DNA of 32,000 nucleotides. Source: Candidatus Iainarchaeum sp. (GTDB lineage: Archaea; Iainarchaeota; Iainarchaeia; Iainarchaeales; CSSED10-239). The notes beneath the pieces are model-generated. The model worked only from the letters and a program-made list of their open reading frames with translations, was not told the origin of the DNA and searched no databases. Position 1 is the first letter of the stretch; every line of letters begins with the position of its first letter. Location of the stretch: assembly GCA_037441475.1 (NCBI GenBank), contig JBBISB010000001.1, positions 485,365-517,364 of the forward strand, given 5' to 3'. Positions 8,587 through 20,475 of this stretch are shown piece after piece. The position numbers and the translations under genes are program-made.

Positions 8587-9168
8587 ATGCAGTCAGATAC
8601 TAAAAATAATATTAATGAAAATGATGTTTCTTTAAATAAAACAGAAGATGTTTTAGAAAATGAATCTTCTTTAGAAAAAGGTTCTTTAGAAGAGTCTTCT
8701 TTAGAAGAAAACAATAACTCTCAAGAGGAAGAATATTTAAACAAAATTTCTTTTCTAGAAGATCAACTAAAGTTATCCTTAGCAGACTTTTCAAACTATA
8801 AAAAAAGAATGGCAAAGGAGCAAGATAATTTTCTATTCTTAGAAACTTCAAAAATAATTTTAGATTTTCTTTCCTTTAAAGAAACTTTACTAAAAGCCAT
8901 TGAGCATGAAGAAAACATTTCTTCAAAAAACAACCTACTAGAGATAAACAACAATTATGATTTAATACTCTCAAGATTAAATATAAAAAAAATAGATCTT
9001 TTAGGTCTTGATTACGATTACAATACAGCAGAGTGTGTCCAAACATTAAAAGTAGATAAAAAAGAAAAACATAATAAGATACTAGATGTCTTAGAAAACG
9101 CTTATACTTATAAAGATAAAATTATAAAACCAGGAAAAGTAATAATCGGTTTATTTTCGGAGGAATAA
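8587..9168 (+). CDS. grpE: GrpE nucleotide exchange factor
   Basis: DFSNYKKRMAKEQD signature, an acidic low-complexity N-terminus, a strong SD (aaaggagg), and position immediately upstream of dnaK. Confidence 0.9.
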   Translation: MQSDTKNNINENDVSLNKTEDVLENESSLEKGSLEESSLEENNNSQEEEYLNKISFLEDQLKLSLADFSNYKKRMAKEQDNFLFLETSKIILDFLSFKETLLKAIEHEENISSKNNLLEINNNYDLILSRLNIKKIDLLGLDYDYNTAECVQTLKVDKKEKHNKILDVLENAYTYKDKIIKPGKVIIGLFSEE

Positions 9169-11010
<1,842 letters not shown>

Positions 11011-11052
11011 ATCTTTTTTTTTTATTTTTTTAAAAAAACTTAGTGATAAACC

Positions 11053-12192
11053 ATGCAAGACAAAGACTACTACTCTCTTTTAGGGGTTTCAAAGGATGCC
11101 TCTTTAGATGAAATTAAAAAAGCCTATAAAACCTTAGCAAAGAAGCATCATCCTGACTTAGCAGGAGCTTCTGCAGATGCTGAGAAGTTTAAAGAGATTA
11201 GTAATGCCTACTCTGTTCTTTCTGATGCAGAGAAGAGGAAACAGTATGATTCCTACGGTCATGATGCTTTTTCAAAAGGGTATGCGGGAAATGCTGGACA
11301 GGGGTTTTCTGGTTTTGGTGGTTTTGATTTTTCAGATATTTTTAATTCCTTTTCAGATGATGATGACGGTGGTTTCTTTTCTCAATTTTCACAAAGAGGG
11401 CAGCGTAGAAGAGAGAGAGAAGAGGACTTAAACCTTGTTTATAACCTTGAGATTGATTTTGAAACAGCTATCTTAGGTGGCAAAGAAAAAATAGAATACT
11501 ATAAAGATATTGAATGTAATTTCTGTGCTGGAACAGGCTCAAAGGACATGCAAAAAGATGTTTGTTCAACCTGTAATGGAAGAGGAAGAACAGTTACAAC
11601 CAAAAGAACTCCTTTTGGAATGTTCTCTGTTGAAAACCTTTGTTCTACCTGTAAGGGAAATGGTTATGTTATTAAAAACCAATGTTCAAAATGTTCAGGA
11701 AAAGGTTTTGTGAAAGATAAAAAAACATTGTCTGTGGATATTCCATCTGGTATTAACACAGGAGATGTCATGAGATTAAGAGAGCAAGGGCACAACCACC
11801 AAGGTGTTAAGGGAGATCTTTTCTTAAACATCTCTGTTAAAAACCACGCTTTCTTTAAAAGAAAAGGAGAGGATCTTTACTGTGAGGTTCCAGTTACTTT
11901 TTCAGATTTAGTTTTAGGAACCACTCTTAAGATAAACAAGTTCAAGGACAAAATAAAATTAAAAATACCCGCAGGGACAGCTAACAACACAACCTTTAAG
12001 GTAAAAGGAACTGGTGTTTCTATCTTTAGTAGAAGAAATGTTCCTGGTGACTTGTATGTTAAGGTGTATGCCTTTGTTCCTGAAAAGATAGACTCTGATT
12101 TTAAGAAGAAAATAAAAGATATTTCTTCTCTTGAAAAAGAGCTTATTAAAAAAGAAATTTCTAAGGATAAAAAGGAGTATGTAGAATATTAG
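11053..12192 (+). CDS. dnaJ: Hsp40 co-chaperone DnaJ (type I)
   Basis: J domain with HPD (DYYSLLGVSKDASLDEIKKAYKTLAKKHHPD), a G/F-rich linker and four CxxCxGxG zinc-finger repeats. The gene ends with TAG. Confidence 0.97.
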   Translation: MQDKDYYSLLGVSKDASLDEIKKAYKTLAKKHHPDLAGASADAEKFKEISNAYSVLSDAEKRKQYDSYGHDAFSKGYAGNAGQGFSGFGGFDFSDIFNSFSDDDDGGFFSQFSQRGQRRREREEDLNLVYNLEIDFETAILGGKEKIEYYKDIECNFCAGTGSKDMQKDVCSTCNGRGRTVTTKRTPFGMFSVENLCSTCKGNGYVIKNQCSKCSGKGFVKDKKTLSVDIPSGINTGDVMRLREQGHNHQGVKGDLFLNISVKNHAFFKRKGEDLYCEVPVTFSDLVLGTTLKINKFKDKIKLKIPAGTANNTTFKVKGTGVSIFSRRNVPGDLYVKVYAFVPEKIDSDFKKKIKDISSLEKELIKKEISKDKKEYVEY

Positions 12193-12266
12193 GTATCTTT
12201 TACTTCTTACCTTTCTTTTTTCTTTTTTTGTTTTTCGTCTAAATTTTTCTTATTTTATTTTTTTCT

Positions 12267-12280
12267 AAAAGTATATAAAC
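12267..12280 (+). promoter_or_regulatory. Candidate archaeal TATA box for a leaderless rtcB transcript
   Basis: aaaagtatataaac is centred about 27 nt upstream of the ATG at 12302. Confidence 0.35.
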
Positions 12281-12301
12281 TATTTTGTGCATATATTTAA
12301 T

Positions 12302-13669
12302 ATGCATTCTTCTTTCACTTATAAAAAAGGTTTTTTCATTTCAAGAAATAATAATAGAGAAATTAAGATAGCCATAAGTAAATTACTTTTTAAAAACATA
12401 TCAAGTGAGGCCTTCAATCAGCTTCTCTCAATCTCCTCTTTAAAAGAAGTTTCTTCCCCAATCTTAGCAATGCCAGACATTCATCCTGGGTTTGGAGTTC
12501 CAATAGGTTCTGTCTTTGCTTCTTTAAAAGAAAATGCAATCATTAGCGCCGATGCAGTAGGGTATGATATTAACTGTGGAATAAGGATTATTAAAATAAG
12601 TCTTTTTTTAAAAGATCTAAAAAAAGAAGATCTTGTACTTCTTTCCAAAGAGTTAAAGAAACTACCCTTAGGGCTTTCAAGTGATGGTTTAAAATTAAAT
12701 AACAAAGATTATCTAGACATCTTAAAGCAAGGCGCAAACTGGTGTGTGTCCAAGAAATATTGTGAAAAAAAAGATTTGTCTTACATGTACAACCAAGGCT
12801 TCTTTAAAGATGCAGACGTTTCTAAAATTTCAAAAGAGGCTTTAAAGAGAGGTAAGACGCAGGTAGGCACTTTAGGGCAAGGAAATCATTTCATAGATAT
12901 CTTAGAGGTGTCTAAAGTTTTTAACAAGGATATAAGTAACCAATTTGATTTAAGAAAAGGGCAATTAGTTATTATGCTACACACAGGCTCTCGTGGCCTA
13001 GGCCATCAAATAGCTTCTGATTATTTTAAAAAATTTAAAATAAAAGAACCATTATCTCATGCCTCTTTTTCTTCAAAAGAAGGAAGTGATTATTACAAGG
13101 CTATGTGCGCTGCTGCAAACTTTGCTTTTGTAAACAGAACAGTTCTTTCTTCTTTAATAAAAGATGTTTTTTTAAAAACTTTAAAAAAAGAAATTAACTT
13201 TTCTCTTCTCTATGACCTCTCTCATAACATAGCTACTTTTGAAAAGCATAATGGTAAAGAGTACCTTGTTACAAGAAAAGGGGCAACTAGAGTTTTTTTA
13301 AAAGAAGATTTATCTTCAAAAAGTCCTTTTAAAAAAACAGGTTCTCCAATAATCCTTCCAGGCTCAATGCTAGATGATAGCTATATATTAGTCCCTGATA
13401 AAGGGGTTAAGGAAACCTTTTCTTCAGTAGCTCATGGTTCAGGAAGAAGTCTTTCAAGAAAAGAGGCTAAGGAAAAAATATCTTTTAAGGATCTTAAGTC
13501 TTTAATGGAAAAAAACAATGTTATTCTAGAAAACATTTCAGAAAACCTAGCAAGGGAAGAACAACCCTCTTCTTACAAGTCATCAAAGGAAGTTGTGCAG
13601 GCCATGCAGGATTTAAAAATGGTAAAGAAAGTTTTAAAACTTAAACCGATCATTGTAATAATAGGCTAA
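12302..13669 (+). CDS. rtcB: RNA 3'-phosphate/tRNA-splicing ligase RtcB
   Basis: GYDINCG, GQGNHF, HTGSRGLGHQ and HGSGR motifs. The ORF-track start at 12287 is a GTG. The ATG at 12302 fits the upstream TATA spacing. Confidence 0.93.
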   Translation: MHSSFTYKKGFFISRNNNREIKIAISKLLFKNISSEAFNQLLSISSLKEVSSPILAMPDIHPGFGVPIGSVFASLKENAIISADAVGYDINCGIRIIKISLFLKDLKKEDLVLLSKELKKLPLGLSSDGLKLNNKDYLDILKQGANWCVSKKYCEKKDLSYMYNQGFFKDADVSKISKEALKRGKTQVGTLGQGNHFIDILEVSKVFNKDISNQFDLRKGQLVIMLHTGSRGLGHQIASDYFKKFKIKEPLSHASFSSKEGSDYYKAMCAAANFAFVNRTVLSSLIKDVFLKTLKKEINFSLLYDLSHNIATFEKHNGKEYLVTRKGATRVFLKEDLSSKSPFKKTGSPIILPGSMLDDSYILVPDKGVKETFSSVAHGSGRSLSRKEAKEKISFKDLKSLMEKNNVILENISENLAREEQPSSYKSSKEVVQAMQDLKMVKKVLKLKPIIVIIG

Positions 13670-13773
13670 AAGTTGTTAAAAACAAATGTGATAAGATGTA
13701 TCTTAAAAAATTAAAAGTTGTTTCAAAAGAAAATAAGTGTTTTAAAAAGATAATGTTTAAAGGTCGGTAAATC

Positions 13774-14732
13774 ATGTTTAAAAAACTAATATCTAAATTA
13801 AAACCAAAACCAAGGTCCCTTGAAAAAGAAAGAGCAATATATAATGAAAAATTTCATTTTTCTTATGGTTTTAGAGTTAATGACGATAAAAAACTAGATG
13901 TTATAAAAGACATTTATCTTTTTTTAAAGAAAGATAAGCGTTTAGAGTCTTTTGTTTTTGTAGGCAAGGCTCATCACAATAATCAAGGATGTCCTCTTGA
14001 GGTTTATCCTCAAGTTTATCTTCTTTAAAAAAATTAGATCCTAACGTACACAATTATTTTTTAAGGTATGGCTTTTATGGTCTTTTAGAAATTTCTAAAA
14101 AAAATAATTACATTAATTTTAATAATAATATATTAAAAGTTGAAAAATTATATTCTCTTGCGTCAAAGCTACCTTTTGATGAAAAACAAAAGGTCAATGA
14201 GTTTGTAAAATATTTAATAAGAACAGAAAAAATAGGTTCTTTTTCGAATAAACAAATTGAAAGAGAAGTTGAAAGAATTAAAGCAGGGCTATTACAAACA
14301 AAAATAACATCTTCAAAAAAAAGAAAAAGTTGTGATGAAACCTACGGAGGTTTTTTAAGAGCACTTTCTTCAAACACAGCATACTTTACAACTATTGAAA
14401 ATAAACTTTATTTAGAAAAATCACATATAGGAAAGAAAGAGAATTATGCTGGATACAGTAAGCTAGCTCTTGATTTAAGCAACCTTAATGTTTACAGTAT
14501 AGAAACTATTAATGGGAGAAATGTTGTAAGTGAAAAAGCACTTGATTTTTTTGACAGCTATAAAACGTCCATAAACTTATCTGTTACTTCTTACTTTGAA
14601 AGATTAAAAGATAACTATATTAAATATTATCAAAATAAATCTTTTAAAACAGAAGCGCAAAGACAAAAAGCCATACAAAGAATACAAGATATATTTAATA
14701 AAGATAGAATTTCTAATCTATCCAAGAAGTGA
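13774..14732 (+). pseudogene. Hypothetical protein (about 319 aa if repaired) split by one -1 frameshift near the A7 run at 14026-14032
   Basis: The listed 84-aa ORF (frame 1) ends at 14028. A 244-codon frame with no stop and no Met (frame 0, 14001-14732, PNVHNYFLRYGFYGLLEISKK...QRIQDIFNKDRISNLSKK*) follows and overlaps it. 959 nt + 1 = 960, which is divisible by 3. No family was recognised. Confidence 0.55.
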
Positions 14733-14736
14733 TAAA

Positions 14737-15761
14737 ATGTACGCGCAAACAAAAATTTCTTTAATGTCTTGTAAAGGGGGACGTAATTTTTCTATAAAAG
14801 TTTTAAATCACTTAAATAGATTTTTAAAAGAAGATAATTTTTCTCCAATTTCTTTAACAGACACAGAAGAGGTTCAGTTTAAACACAGAAATAAAATCTA
14901 ATGTTCTAGAGTCAATAAGAGGTAGAGATGTTTACATTATCCAAGATGTTACAAACACTTCTTTTGGATATTTGGTAAGTGACAACATCCTTGCTTTAAA
15001 AACATTAATCAACTCAGCAAGGATATCAGGCGCATCAAAAATAAATGTTATCTTACCAACCTTTCCATTTTCAAGACAAGATAAATCTTTTTCAAGAGAA
15101 GGGATTACAGCAAAAATGTTTGCTCAAGAAATCGAACTTTTAGGAGTTAATACCTTAATCGCCTTAGATATCCATAACCTTGCAATTGCTGGTTTTTTTG
15201 ATAAATGCATTTTTGAAAATTTAAAAGGTTTTAGAGATATTACAAGATTTGTTAAAAAAAATATGCCTCTAGAAAATCTAGTTGTTTCTTCTCCCGATAT
15301 TGGTGGTCTTAAAAGAGCCGAAGGCTATGCTTCTGAACTTAAAATAGATTTAATCTCAATCTATAAAGAAAGAAGTTATACAAAAATAGATCAAATAGAT
15401 AAAATGTATATTTTAGGAGAGGTGATTGGAAAGAATGTTTTACTTGTTGATGATATGATAGATACAGGTGGAACTCTTTACAATGCAGCTAAACTTCTAA
15501 AAAAAGAGGGTGCAAATGAAATTTATTGCATGTTCCTTGCCTTTCTTTAACTCTCCTTGTCTTGAAAGATTTAATGAACTTTTTGAAAATAAAGTTTTAA
15601 CTTATGTTATAGGCACAAATGCTATTTATCACACAGATGATTTTTTAAAAAACACACCTTGGTTTAAATCAATTGATGTTTCTGATTATTTTGCAAAAGT
15701 TATTTTTAATATCCACACCTCAAAGTCAATTTCTTCTTTACTTAAAGATATAAAAGAGTAA
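14737..15761 (+). pseudogene. prs: Ribose-phosphate pyrophosphokinase (PRPP synthetase) with two +1-type frame disruptions
   Basis: Segment 1 (14737-14900, frame 1) reads MYAQTKISLMSCKGG...TEEVQF. Segment 2 (frame 2, open from 14858) reads NTEIKSNVLESIRGRDVYIIQD...PFSRQDK...VLLVDDMIDTGGTLYNAAKLLKKEGANEIY, which includes the PRPP-binding loop. Segment 3 (frame 0, 15510-15761) reads IACSLPFFNSPCLERF...VIGTNAIYH. The shifts lie near 14878-14884 and 15520-15530. Confidence 0.8.
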
Positions 15762-15857
15762 AAAATATAATTAAGTATCAAAACACATTTTACTAATATT
15801 TATATATATTATGGTATATATATTTGTATTAAATATATACTTAAAAGGTGAGATATT

Positions 15858-16511
15858 TTGAAAACAGTTATAACAATAATCTTAGTTATGCTTGCACTAG
15901 TTGCAGCAGTTCTTTTTGTTTTGGTTGGTCAAGACAAAGACCAAGCAATAAATCCAGCGGATAACCTACCAGTTAACAATTCTGATTTAATTCCTCCTCA
16001 AGAAATAGTACTTCCTACTGAAGTAATCCCTGTTGATCCGACAATAGATTGTGCAACAGATTTTTCTTGTTTTTCTGGTTATTTATCTTCTTGTAAAAAA
16101 GATGTAAAATATTTACAATCAGAAAAAATAGAATATCCTGCAAATGGAACCAAATATAATTTTTCTTTAGAATATACAATCAATGGTTTAAATCAATTTG
16201 ATGAATGTTTAGTAAGGTTAACTTTAATTGATCATAGAACTTCTTTTTTAGAAATAGAAAGACAAAGATATTTAGCTGAAAATTATACTGAGGCTGGAGT
16301 TTTAGAAATTGAAGATCTATTAAATGTTTCTGCTGGTCACTTAGTTAAAAAAAGCGGGGTTTGTAAATTTGATATTTCTTCACATAATTTAACTTTAACT
16401 AGTTTACAGTTTTTAAATAAAATTATGCAAGGTTATGAAAATTGTTCAGGAGAATTGTTTACATCAACAGGAGATCCTTCTCAAGCACAGTTTTTCATAT
16501 ATGTAAATTAA
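15858..16511 (+). CDS. Secreted or membrane-anchored hypothetical protein (6 Cys)
   Basis: A TTG start lies 7 nt after the aaggtgag SD. The N-terminal signal anchor is MKTVITIILVMLALVAAVLFVLVG, followed by a Pro-rich linker and then a Cys-containing domain. Confidence 0.6.
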   Translation: MKTVITIILVMLALVAAVLFVLVGQDKDQAINPADNLPVNNSDLIPPQEIVLPTEVIPVDPTIDCATDFSCFSGYLSSCKKDVKYLQSEKIEYPANGTKYNFSLEYTINGLNQFDECLVRLTLIDHRTSFLEIERQRYLAENYTEAGVLEIEDLLNVSAGHLVKKSGVCKFDISSHNLTLTSLQFLNKIMQGYENCSGELFTSTGDPSQAQFFIYVN

Positions 16512-16568
16512 TATAGTTTATTAAGAAAAATAGTTTATGAAAAAAAGAAATTATCAACAAGAAAAAAT

Positions 16569-19500
16569 ATGCATAAATCAAAGAAAGCACAGGGTAATCT
16601 AGAGTCTTTGATATTAATAGGGGGTGCAGTATTAATCTCTGTTGTTATAGTTTCTGTTTTAATCTCAATTGGTGGACAAGGAAGAGATGATGCCTCTACC
16701 CAAGGAGATCAAATCTCTTCTTCCACAGATGGTCCATTACCTCCAACAATAGTTTCAGTAAATGCAAGGTATTTTGATGTTATGCAATCGACACTTTAGT
16801 TTCAACAGACAAAGTAGGTTTAATTACTTTTGCATGGAGGCCTTTATCTAAAGAAGGAACCTTTAAACTAGTAATTCAAAATTCAAAAAATGAAGTTTTA
16901 GGAGATTATGATTATGTTGTTACTTATAATTCTGAATTTCAAGATTCTAAAAACTTAAACCCAAACATTTTAACTAATTTAATTGTTTCTGATATTCCTG
17001 TAGGGCAAGGTGTTTGTGGTGACACCTATTATTTATCTATAGATGTTTCTAAGAATAATCAAACCAAAAGTTCTTCAAGATATGCTTTCAGATGGTCTGA
17101 ACAAGGAGAAAAAACTACTTTAGTTTCAAGGCCTGCTTTCTCTCCTTCAGCTGGAACTTATAACATAGCTCAGTTTCCTTTAAATGTTAGCCTAATACAC
17201 GATCCTAGTTATGCAGTTTACTATACAACAGACGGAACTGATCCTATTGTTTCTTCAACAAGAATAATATATTCTGGGGCAATAACTGTTTTGCAAGGAA
17301 CAACTATTAAAGCAGTTTCTGAGTATGCTGGCATTTATTCTGGTGTTTTAACAGGAACTTTCACTGATAGTTATTATACAGTTTCTTCTGTAAATGCAAC
17401 TCCAAGTAGTCAAATAAATCTTCAAGATCCTATTGATGTTTCTTTAGTTACTTCTACTGAACTTTCAACTATTTATTTTCCCTTAGATTCTTCAACACCT
17501 GACTGTTCAGGTAGTTTTACACAGTATACTTCTCCAATAAATGTTTCAAACAATGCAACAATTAAAGCAATTGCTTGTAGAACAAATTATCTTCCAAGTT
17601 CAGTTTCAACATTTACATATACTTTCTTTGTTCCATTAGACCCTGTTGTTATAACTCCTCCTGGTGGATCTTACACCTCTATACAGAAAGTAACTTTAAG
17701 TAACAGTAATGTAGGGGGAACCATAAGGTACACAACAACCGGTGTTGATCCAACAGAAGCAAGTCCAATCTATTCAGGACCAATAAATGTTTCTTCAAGT
17801 AAAACTATAAAGGCAATAGTGTATGTTGGTTCTTTTTCAAGTATAGTTTCTCAAGCAGACTATAACATTACTCTTCCTGCAACTGCTCCGATCTTTAGTC
17901 TGGTTCCTGGAACTTATAATAATCAATCTATTTTACTTAACACAACAACACCCTCTCCTTACACTATAAGATATACTACTGACGGTACTGATCCTGATGA
18001 AGCAAGTAATCTTTATACTGGTTCAGGTGTATATGTTTCAAATAATTTAACTTTAAAAGCAAGAGTCTATAAAACTGATTGGTCTACAAGCCCTGTAACT
18101 ACAGGTGTTTATAACTTTGCTTTATCTGCACCAACTTTTAGTACTTTTCCTGGCGCATACTCTGACTCTCAAGTGGTTTCAATTAATTCTGTTGCAGGCG
18201 TACAGATAAGTTATACTTTAGATGGAAGTAACCCTACACAAACAACTGGTACTTTAATTAACGCAGGAGAGAGCACAACCCTATCACCATTACCTCTGTT
18301 TTAAAAGCAATTGCTTATAAGAATGGTTGGTTATCAAGCCCAATTGCTCAAGGCAATTACACCATTAATGCTCCTGCTGCAAGCCCAGTGTTTTCACCTG
18401 ATGGTGGAACCCATACAAATAGTGTAACTGTTACTTTAAGTTGTGTAACTCCATCAAGCACCATAAGGTACACAACAGATGGAACTACTCCAACAAGAGA
18501 TATTGGAACTATTTATTCTTCTTCATTTAATCTAATCACTACAACAACTGTTAAGGGTGTTTGTTATGCAACTGGTTATTCAACCAGTGCTGTTTCAACA
18601 CAAACCTTTACAATACAAAACCCCCCAGGAGCAGTAACTGTTTCAGGTGGAGGAACATTCTGTAATTCAGCTACCTTAACAGCATCAGGTGGAACTGGAG
18701 GTCTAATATACTACCAAGCTACAACCTCAAATGGAACTTCTACTGCAAATCAAACAACAACTGCAAACATAACTTCATCAGGAACTTATTATTTTAGAGC
18801 GTATAGCTCAACAACAGATCTTTTGGGCACTCAAGGAAGTGCAGCAGTAACAATAAGAACAAATTTTACTGCCCCTACTTCAATAACAGGCACAAATACA
18901 ATCTGTTCTGGTAGTTCTACAACATTAACTGCTCAAGGTGGAGTTTTAGGTACTGTTGCATCTTATCAATGGTTTACTTCTGGATGTGGAATTGGTGCTA
19001 GTGCAGGTACTTCACAAAGTATAACCGTAAATCCAACCACAACTACAAATTATTTTGTTAGAATATCAGGTACATGTAACACAACTACTTGTGTTTCCAG
19101 AACAGTAACTGTTAATTCTCCTCCTACAGTAAATGTTACTCCAGCATCAAGATGTGGTTCAGGAGCAGTTACTTTAGGTGCAACAACTTCACAAGGCACA
19201 ATTGAATGGTATACATCATCAACAGGTGGCTCTCCAGTAGGAACAGGAAATAGTTTTACAACCCCAAGTCTTTCTTCTACAACCACTTATTATGTGGGTG
19301 TTACAGGTGCTACTTGTAACCCATCTTCTAGAACTCCTGTTATAGCAACTATTAATCCTCTTCCAGGAAGTGTTTCTGTAACTTTACAGAGTAGTGGGGC
19401 AGGTACTGCAACAATAGCCGCAAGTGGAGGATCAGGAGTACAATTTATTTCCAAGGAAACACTTCTAATGGCACTTCTGTAGATTTAGGTGGAACTCCTC

Positions 19501-20461
19501 AAACAGTAACTACGAGTGGAACCTATTTTTTCAGATCTAGAAGCACAGAAGGTTGTTGGGGCACTCAAGGTAGTTTAGTTGTAAATATACCTGTTGTTTT
19601 ATCTAATTTAGTTTTAAGTAATAGTCCTTCTTGCTTTAGTTTTAATTCAACAACTTATACTTATAATAGTGTAAGGTATTTAATAAGCACAACAAATAGC
19701 ATAACTGTGACTCTAACAGGCTCAGGAACAATTACAGTAAATGGTTCTCCAGTAATTTCTGGTTCAGCATCAAGTCCAATAAGTATTTCAGATGGTTTAG
19801 AAAAAACAATTACTGTTCAAGTAACTCAAGGAGGTAATTTTGCAACATACACTATAAATGTAAGAAAAATTATTACCACTCATACCGGTACAGCCACGGT
19901 AACTGAAGGAATCTCTGGTGGATTTGCGTGGAGAGTTCATAGATTTACAAGCGGTTCTGGAACTTATAATTCAAACATACCTGTAACAGCTCAATTACTA
20001 GTTGGTGGTGGACCATATAGTGGTGGTGGAGGAAATGCTGGACAATATGTCTATAATGCTAGTTATGCTTTAACCACAGGAAATAAATCTATCACAATTG
20101 GTTCTGGCGGGTATACAACAAATATATGGCCACGTACAAGAATAAGTGGAACTGCCTCTTCATTTGATACAGTAAGTGCATCTGGTGGAATTACTGGTTT
20201 AGAAGGTTATTCTAACGGTAGTGGTGGTGCAAATGGATTAGGAGTAGCAGGTCAAACCTTTGCCCAAGGGGTGCTGGTTCCCCTGGAATTGCAAATTCAA
20301 TAACAGGCTCCACTGTTACTTATGCTAAAGTAGGTAATGGTGGTAATGGAGCTGTAAGTGGAGCTGCTAATACCGGTAATGGTAGAGATGGAGGTTATGA
20401 TTTAACTTTCATTACTGGCGGTACTGGTGTTGTAATTATAAGGGTACAGATACCAGTATAG
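16569..20461 (+). pseudogene. Pilin-anchored giant mosaic adhesin (about 1,298 codons if repaired) interrupted by four -1 frameshifts
   Basis: The class III signal is MHKSKKA|QGNLESLILIGGAVLISVVIVSVLI. Frame segments run 16569-16799 (f0), 16778-18304 (f2), 18262-19482 (f1), 19395-20303 (f0) and 20270-20461 (f2). 3893 nt + 4 = 3897, which is divisible by 3. Recognised by motif: a pilin-1847-like domain, at least six CHB_HEX_C-like repeats (IRYTTDGTDP...Y.GPI...TIKA), Cys-bracketed Ig-like modules, a cadherin-like beta-sandwich, and a glycine-rich C-terminal domain ending GGTGVVIIRV. Confidence 0.75.
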
Positions 20462-20475
20462 TTTTATTTTTTTAT

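Noticed and set aside
16770-20275. Programmed -1 ribosomal frameshifting or phase variation in the adhesin gene
   Set aside because: None of the four shift sites has a canonical X XXY YYZ slippery heptamer or a long homopolymer or SSR tract. The local sequences are gatgttatg, aaccctatc, caatttattt and aaggggtgc. Four programmed events in one gene would be unprecedented, so indels are more parsimonious.
16569-20461. Diversity-generating retroelement targeting the adhesin
   Set aside because: No reverse transcriptase gene and no template/variable repeat pair at DNA level are present in the window. The internal repeats are similar only at protein level.
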